Positions 60,796 through 64,000 of a stretch of DNA of 64,000 nt are shown here, in pieces. Source of the DNA: Candidatus Brocadiia bacterium (GTDB lineage Bacteria; Planctomycetota; MHYJ01; JACQXL01); the NCBI GenBank assembly GCA_041658285.1, contig JBBAAP010000002.1, positions 119,029 through 183,028 of the forward strand. Reading direction: 5' to 3'. The translations under genes were made by a program, and so were the position numbers. Numbering within the stretch: the first letter of the stretch is position 1; each line of letters opens with the position of its first letter. The notes under the pieces are model-generated. The model was given only the letters and a program-made list of their open reading frames with translations. It was not told the origin of the DNA and ran no database searches.

Positions 60796-62094
60796 TTAGA
60801 CGTCTTTAATCCAACCGAAACGCTTGATGAATTCTCCGGACGTGAGATTGGACGCTTTGACTATCTGTTCCAGCTGTTCAGGGTCCTCGAAGTCTGACCG
60901 CTCCAGCCGTATCATATAGGCTCGGGCCACGGCGTATGATTCGGTCTTGGGGTTGACGTAACGTATTTTGGTCTTACCGGTAACCGTGTCCATTATATCA
61001 GGGAAATATATCGGGACAATCCGGCCGCCCTGCAGGCTGACCATAGCGCCGGTGACACCATCCTGAAGAAGTTTGCTGGCGCCATAACCCAGGTCCCGGG
61101 TATATTCTGAGTCGAACGGTATGGGCGGCGCGCAACGGAGCTCGTAACCGATGTCCTTATCGACGATAGTCAGCTTTATATTACGCGCTTCAAGGCGTTT
61201 GCGGACCTCGTTCTTGAGGTATTTGCCTAAATCTATTTCGGCCAGACGGATATTGCCGTGCTCGTCTTTTTCGGCCTTGTCTATCAGTTCGCGCTCAGCC
61301 GGGTCAAACCGCTCGGCAATGCCTTCCGACAGGATGGCCACGCCGTGCGACTTACCCATAGCCAGGCGCTTAACGATGGCGCCTTCGAGGATATCGCATA
61401 TCTGCGACACTTTGATAACCTTGTCCCTGCTGAATTCCTCGGCGATAACGGTCAGGGTAGCGCCGGATGATTTGCCGATACCCAAGGCCAGATGGCCGGC
61501 TTTGCGACCCATAGTCACGATAAAATACCAGCGGTTGGTGGTGACAGCGTCCTCCATTATGTTCTGGACAATTTCCACTCCGTAATGCCGGGCCGTATGG
61601 AACCCGAATGATGATTTGCTGTCCGGCAGAGGTAAATCGTTATCAATGGTCTTGGGCACGTGAACGATATAGATGCGCCCTTTAGCCTGGCTTTCTATAA
61701 CGCTGGCCGTGTATGCGGTATCATCGCCTCCTATAGTGATAAGACGGTCGATTTTGAGTTTGAGCAGGTTATCAACCACGTTCCTGACCTTTTTAGGGTC
61801 GCTGGTCGGGTTTTCCCTGGAGGTTCTTAAGATTGAACCGCCCCGCTGGTGAATGCGTGATATATCGCTGATGGCCAGCGGCATGGTCGGCACCTCACCC
61901 GTGCCTGATAGCCAGCGAAAGCCGTCCATAATACCGGTGACCTGCCAGCCGTGCTTGATGGACTCGATAGCCGCGGCGCTGATGACGCCGTTTATGCCCG
62001 GCGCCGGGCCGCCGCCCACCAGTATGCCCATCGTATGGCTGTATGCCGTCGGTATTTTCTTCAGTTGAATGTCAAGTTCGTGAATATCAGCCAT
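60796..62094 (-). CDS. pfp: Phosphofructokinase, PPi-dependent type
   Basis: GGGPAPGING, GGDDT (Asp) and PKTIDND (Lys) signature, MGRKAG, LGY; start set at MADIHE after GGAGG. Confidence 0.8.
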   Translation of the reverse strand: MADIHELDIQLKKIPTAYSHTMGILVGGGPAPGINGVISAAAIESIKHGWQVTGIMDGFRWLSGTGEVPTMPLAISDISRIHQRGGSILRTSRENPTSDPKKVRNVVDNLLKLKIDRLITIGGDDTAYTASVIESQAKGRIYIVHVPKTIDNDLPLPDSKSSFGFHTARHYGVEIVQNIMEDAVTTNRWYFIVTMGRKAGHLALGIGKSSGATLTVIAEEFSRDKVIKVSQICDILEGAIVKRLAMGKSHGVAILSEGIAERFDPAERELIDKAEKDEHGNIRLAEIDLGKYLKNEVRKRLEARNIKLTIVDKDIGYELRCAPPIPFDSEYTRDLGYGASKLLQDGVTGAMVSLQGGRIVPIYFPDIMDTVTGKTKIRYVNPKTESYAVARAYMIRLERSDFEDPEQLEQIVKASNLTSGEFIKRFGWIKDV

Positions 62095-62176
62095 ATGCGT
62101 TCCTCCGTTCTGTTGGATATTGCATAAATCCGTCATTGATGTCAATAATTTTGTGCTTGCCGGGAATATCTATTTC

Positions 62177-62205
62177 TTGACAGCCCAATATAATGTAAGT
62201 ATTGT
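62177..62205 (+). promoter_or_regulatory. sigma70-type promoter (near-leaderless)
   Basis: TTGACA(62177)-17 nt-TATTGT(62200), 9 nt before ATG 62215. Confidence 0.45.
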
Positions 62206-62214
62206 CAGGGACTT

Positions 62215-64000
62215 ATGGCATATAAAAAATCCGACCTGGGTATCATGGGAATGTTTCTTACATTCCTGCTGACACTGCCCTCTCTGGGATTTTCCGAAGG
62301 TGACAAACCAATAATCGACAAGCCGGCCAAAGAAGCTATTCCGGAACAATTCGGCCCGATAACTCCCCCGCGGATAATGAAGGTGGCCGATGTCCGCATC
62401 GGCATGAAAGGTTACGGTAAAACCGTATTTGAAGGCAGCCGAATCGAAAGATTCGGGGTCGAGGTTTTCGGCATCCTTAAAAACACCACGCCCAAGCACG
62501 ACGCCATCCTGGTCCGGGTCAACCATCATATCACCGATAATGCCGGCATCATCCAGGGAATGAGCGGCAGCCCGGTCTACCTGGTGGTCGATGAAATAAA
62601 CGAACCTGAAGGCCGGCTGGTCGGCGCTCTGGCATTCGGCTGGGGCTACAGCAAGGAACCGCTGGGCGGGGTTACGCCTATCGAATATATGATAGAAGAG
62701 ATGAACAAACCGCTGGAAAAGGAATCGCGGATTGATTCCGAACCCGATACGCTAATGGCCCGGTCTGATAATAAACCCAAAAACAACATTGACGCCCAGA
62801 ACAGCGATTCGGGCGCGCTCAGACCGCTGATGACGCCGCTGTTCGTGGCCGGACTGCATCCCAAGCTGATGAAATATTTCGAACAGGATTTAAAGCAATT
62901 CAACCTTTATCCGATACAATCCGGCGGCGCGGGCACCGATTACGACGTGCCCGGACCGATTGAACCGGGCAGCGCGCTGGGAATCCCAATGGCCCGGGGC
63001 GACCTGGATTTGACCGGCATAGGCACGGTCACTTACGTCGAAGGCAATCGGCTGACGGCCTTCGGGCATTATATGGACCTGGTGGGCGAGACGCTCTTGC
63101 CCATGTGCAAAGCATATATCTTCGGCACGATACCGCGCCAGTCATTGTCATTCAAATTAGGCGCCGGAACGCAGGAAATAGGATCTATCACCCAGGACCG
63201 CCAGTTCTGCGTGGCCGGCGTTATGGGCAAGAAAACCCCTATGTTCCCGTTAAGCATCAAAATCGCCAATCTCAAAACCGGCGTCAAGAATGATTTCAAT
63301 ATGGAAATCGTCCACCACAAGGATATAACCCCGTTTATCCTGAGATACGCCATTGCCAGCGCCATAACCGTAAGCGAGCCTAACGAAGGACGAACTACGG
63401 TGGAATCAATCGTAACCATGAAAATAAAAGATTACGAACCGATAACCTTCACGCGCCACCTGGCCAGTTCTTACGGAGTGACCTCGCCGGTACTGGGAGA
63501 TTTATTCTACGACCTGCTCGGACCGCTCTGGAATAACCCTTACAAAGATATCAAACTGGAAAATATAGCGGTTGACCTAAAGGTGATTAACGAAGACCGG
63601 ACCGCATTCATAAGGAATACCTGGCTGGAAAAAGATGAGGTTAAACCGGGCGAATTGGTCAAGCTTTTTGTAGCGCTTAAACCTGACAAGAAACCGGAGG
63701 TCATCAGGACCGTCCAATTCGTCATCCCGGATGACATGGAAAACCAGGACCTGAATATAGAGATTACCTCCGGAGATAATGTCATGCCAGAACTGCCCAC
63801 TCCGACCAGCATCAAAGAGATGATTTATTTTCTTAAGTCATTATACGAATCGAATACCCTGATAACTGTTATTCCCATCAGGTCAACCAACCTGCTTTAT
63901 AACGGCAAATCCCTGAAAGACCTGCCTAACTCGGTCTTGAGCTCGATTATCAACCAATCACGCGAGCCGGTTAACGTCAAAAGCCATAATCAAGCTTCTC
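62215..64000 (+). CDS. SpoIVB-type (peptidase S55 domain) exported protein; runs off the right edge
   Basis: Manual translation: IGMKGYGKTVFEG, GIIQGMSGSPVY, GRLVGALAFGW, AFGH. Absent from the ORF track because it has no stop in the window. Confidence 0.85.
   Translation, partial: MAYKKSDLGIMGMFLTFLLTLPSLGFSEGDKPIIDKPAKEAIPEQFGPITPPRIMKVADVRIGMKGYGKTVFEGSRIERFGVEVFGILKNTTPKHDAILVRVNHHITDNAGIIQGMSGSPVYLVVDEINEPEGRLVGALAFGWGYSKEPLGGVTPIEYMIEEMNKPLEKESRIDSEPDTLMARSDNKPKNNIDAQNSDSGALRPLMTPLFVAGLHPKLMKYFEQDLKQFNLYPIQSGGAGTDYDVPGPIEPGSALGIPMARGDLDLTGIGTVTYVEGNRLTAFGHYMDLVGETLLPMCKAYIFGTIPRQSLSFKLGAGTQEIGSITQDRQFCVAGVMGKKTPMFPLSIKIANLKTGVKNDFNMEIVHHKDITPFILRYAIASAITVSEPNEGRTTVESIVTMKIKDYEPITFTRHLASSYGVTSPVLGDLFYDLLGPLWNNPYKDIKLENIAVDLKVINEDRTAFIRNTWLEKDEVKPGELVKLFVALKPDKKPEVIRTVQFVIPDDMENQDLNIEITSGDNVMPELPTPTSIKEMIYFLKSLYESNTLITVIPIRSTNLLYNGKSLKDLPNSVLSSIINQSREPVNVKSHNQAS

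Overview
A gene-dense chromosomal window from an uncultured-looking, probably anaerobic bacterium. It is most likely Planctomycetota-related; this is inferred from the type-IV-pilin-like clusters, mcsAB, an EF-Tu insertion and an unlinked 23S-5S operon. Housekeeping genes: rlmN, lpxH, lysS, mcsA/mcsB, queD, moaA/moaC, guaB, the tRNA(Thr-Tyr-Gly-Thr)-tuf-rpmG operon (rpmG is missing from the ORF track), a stand-alone 23S-5S rRNA operon, livKHMGF-dedA and a PPi-type Pfk. Accessory genes: a five-gene pseudopilin cluster, a Kelch-FN3-RCC1 lipoprotein, flotillin/NfeD, a beta-carbonic anhydrase facing an HTH-EIIA gene plus an Ehr (hydrogenase-4-like, NiFe-less) operon, and an ECF sigma/anti-sigma pair followed by a 1258-aa PilX/GspK-like protein. 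That protein carries 14 DnaJ-like Cys pairs inserted in a LamG-like domain. The most unusual signals are non-coding. (1) A dispersed, covarying two-hairpin repeat family of about 9 loci supplies stop codons, sits inside one reading frame and occupies tRNA/rRNA spacers. (2) A CCCGTTA...TAACGGG miniature inverted-repeat element is inserted in frame in livG (+42 aa), at the 5' ends of two tRNA genes and at the livK stop. (3) Two tandem arrays of unrelated sequence share a 22-bp period and similar flanks. (4) A perfect 36-bp ECF-promoter-like direct repeat brackets an orphan exbD. All alignments, counts and GC impressions were made by eye; no database search was run.
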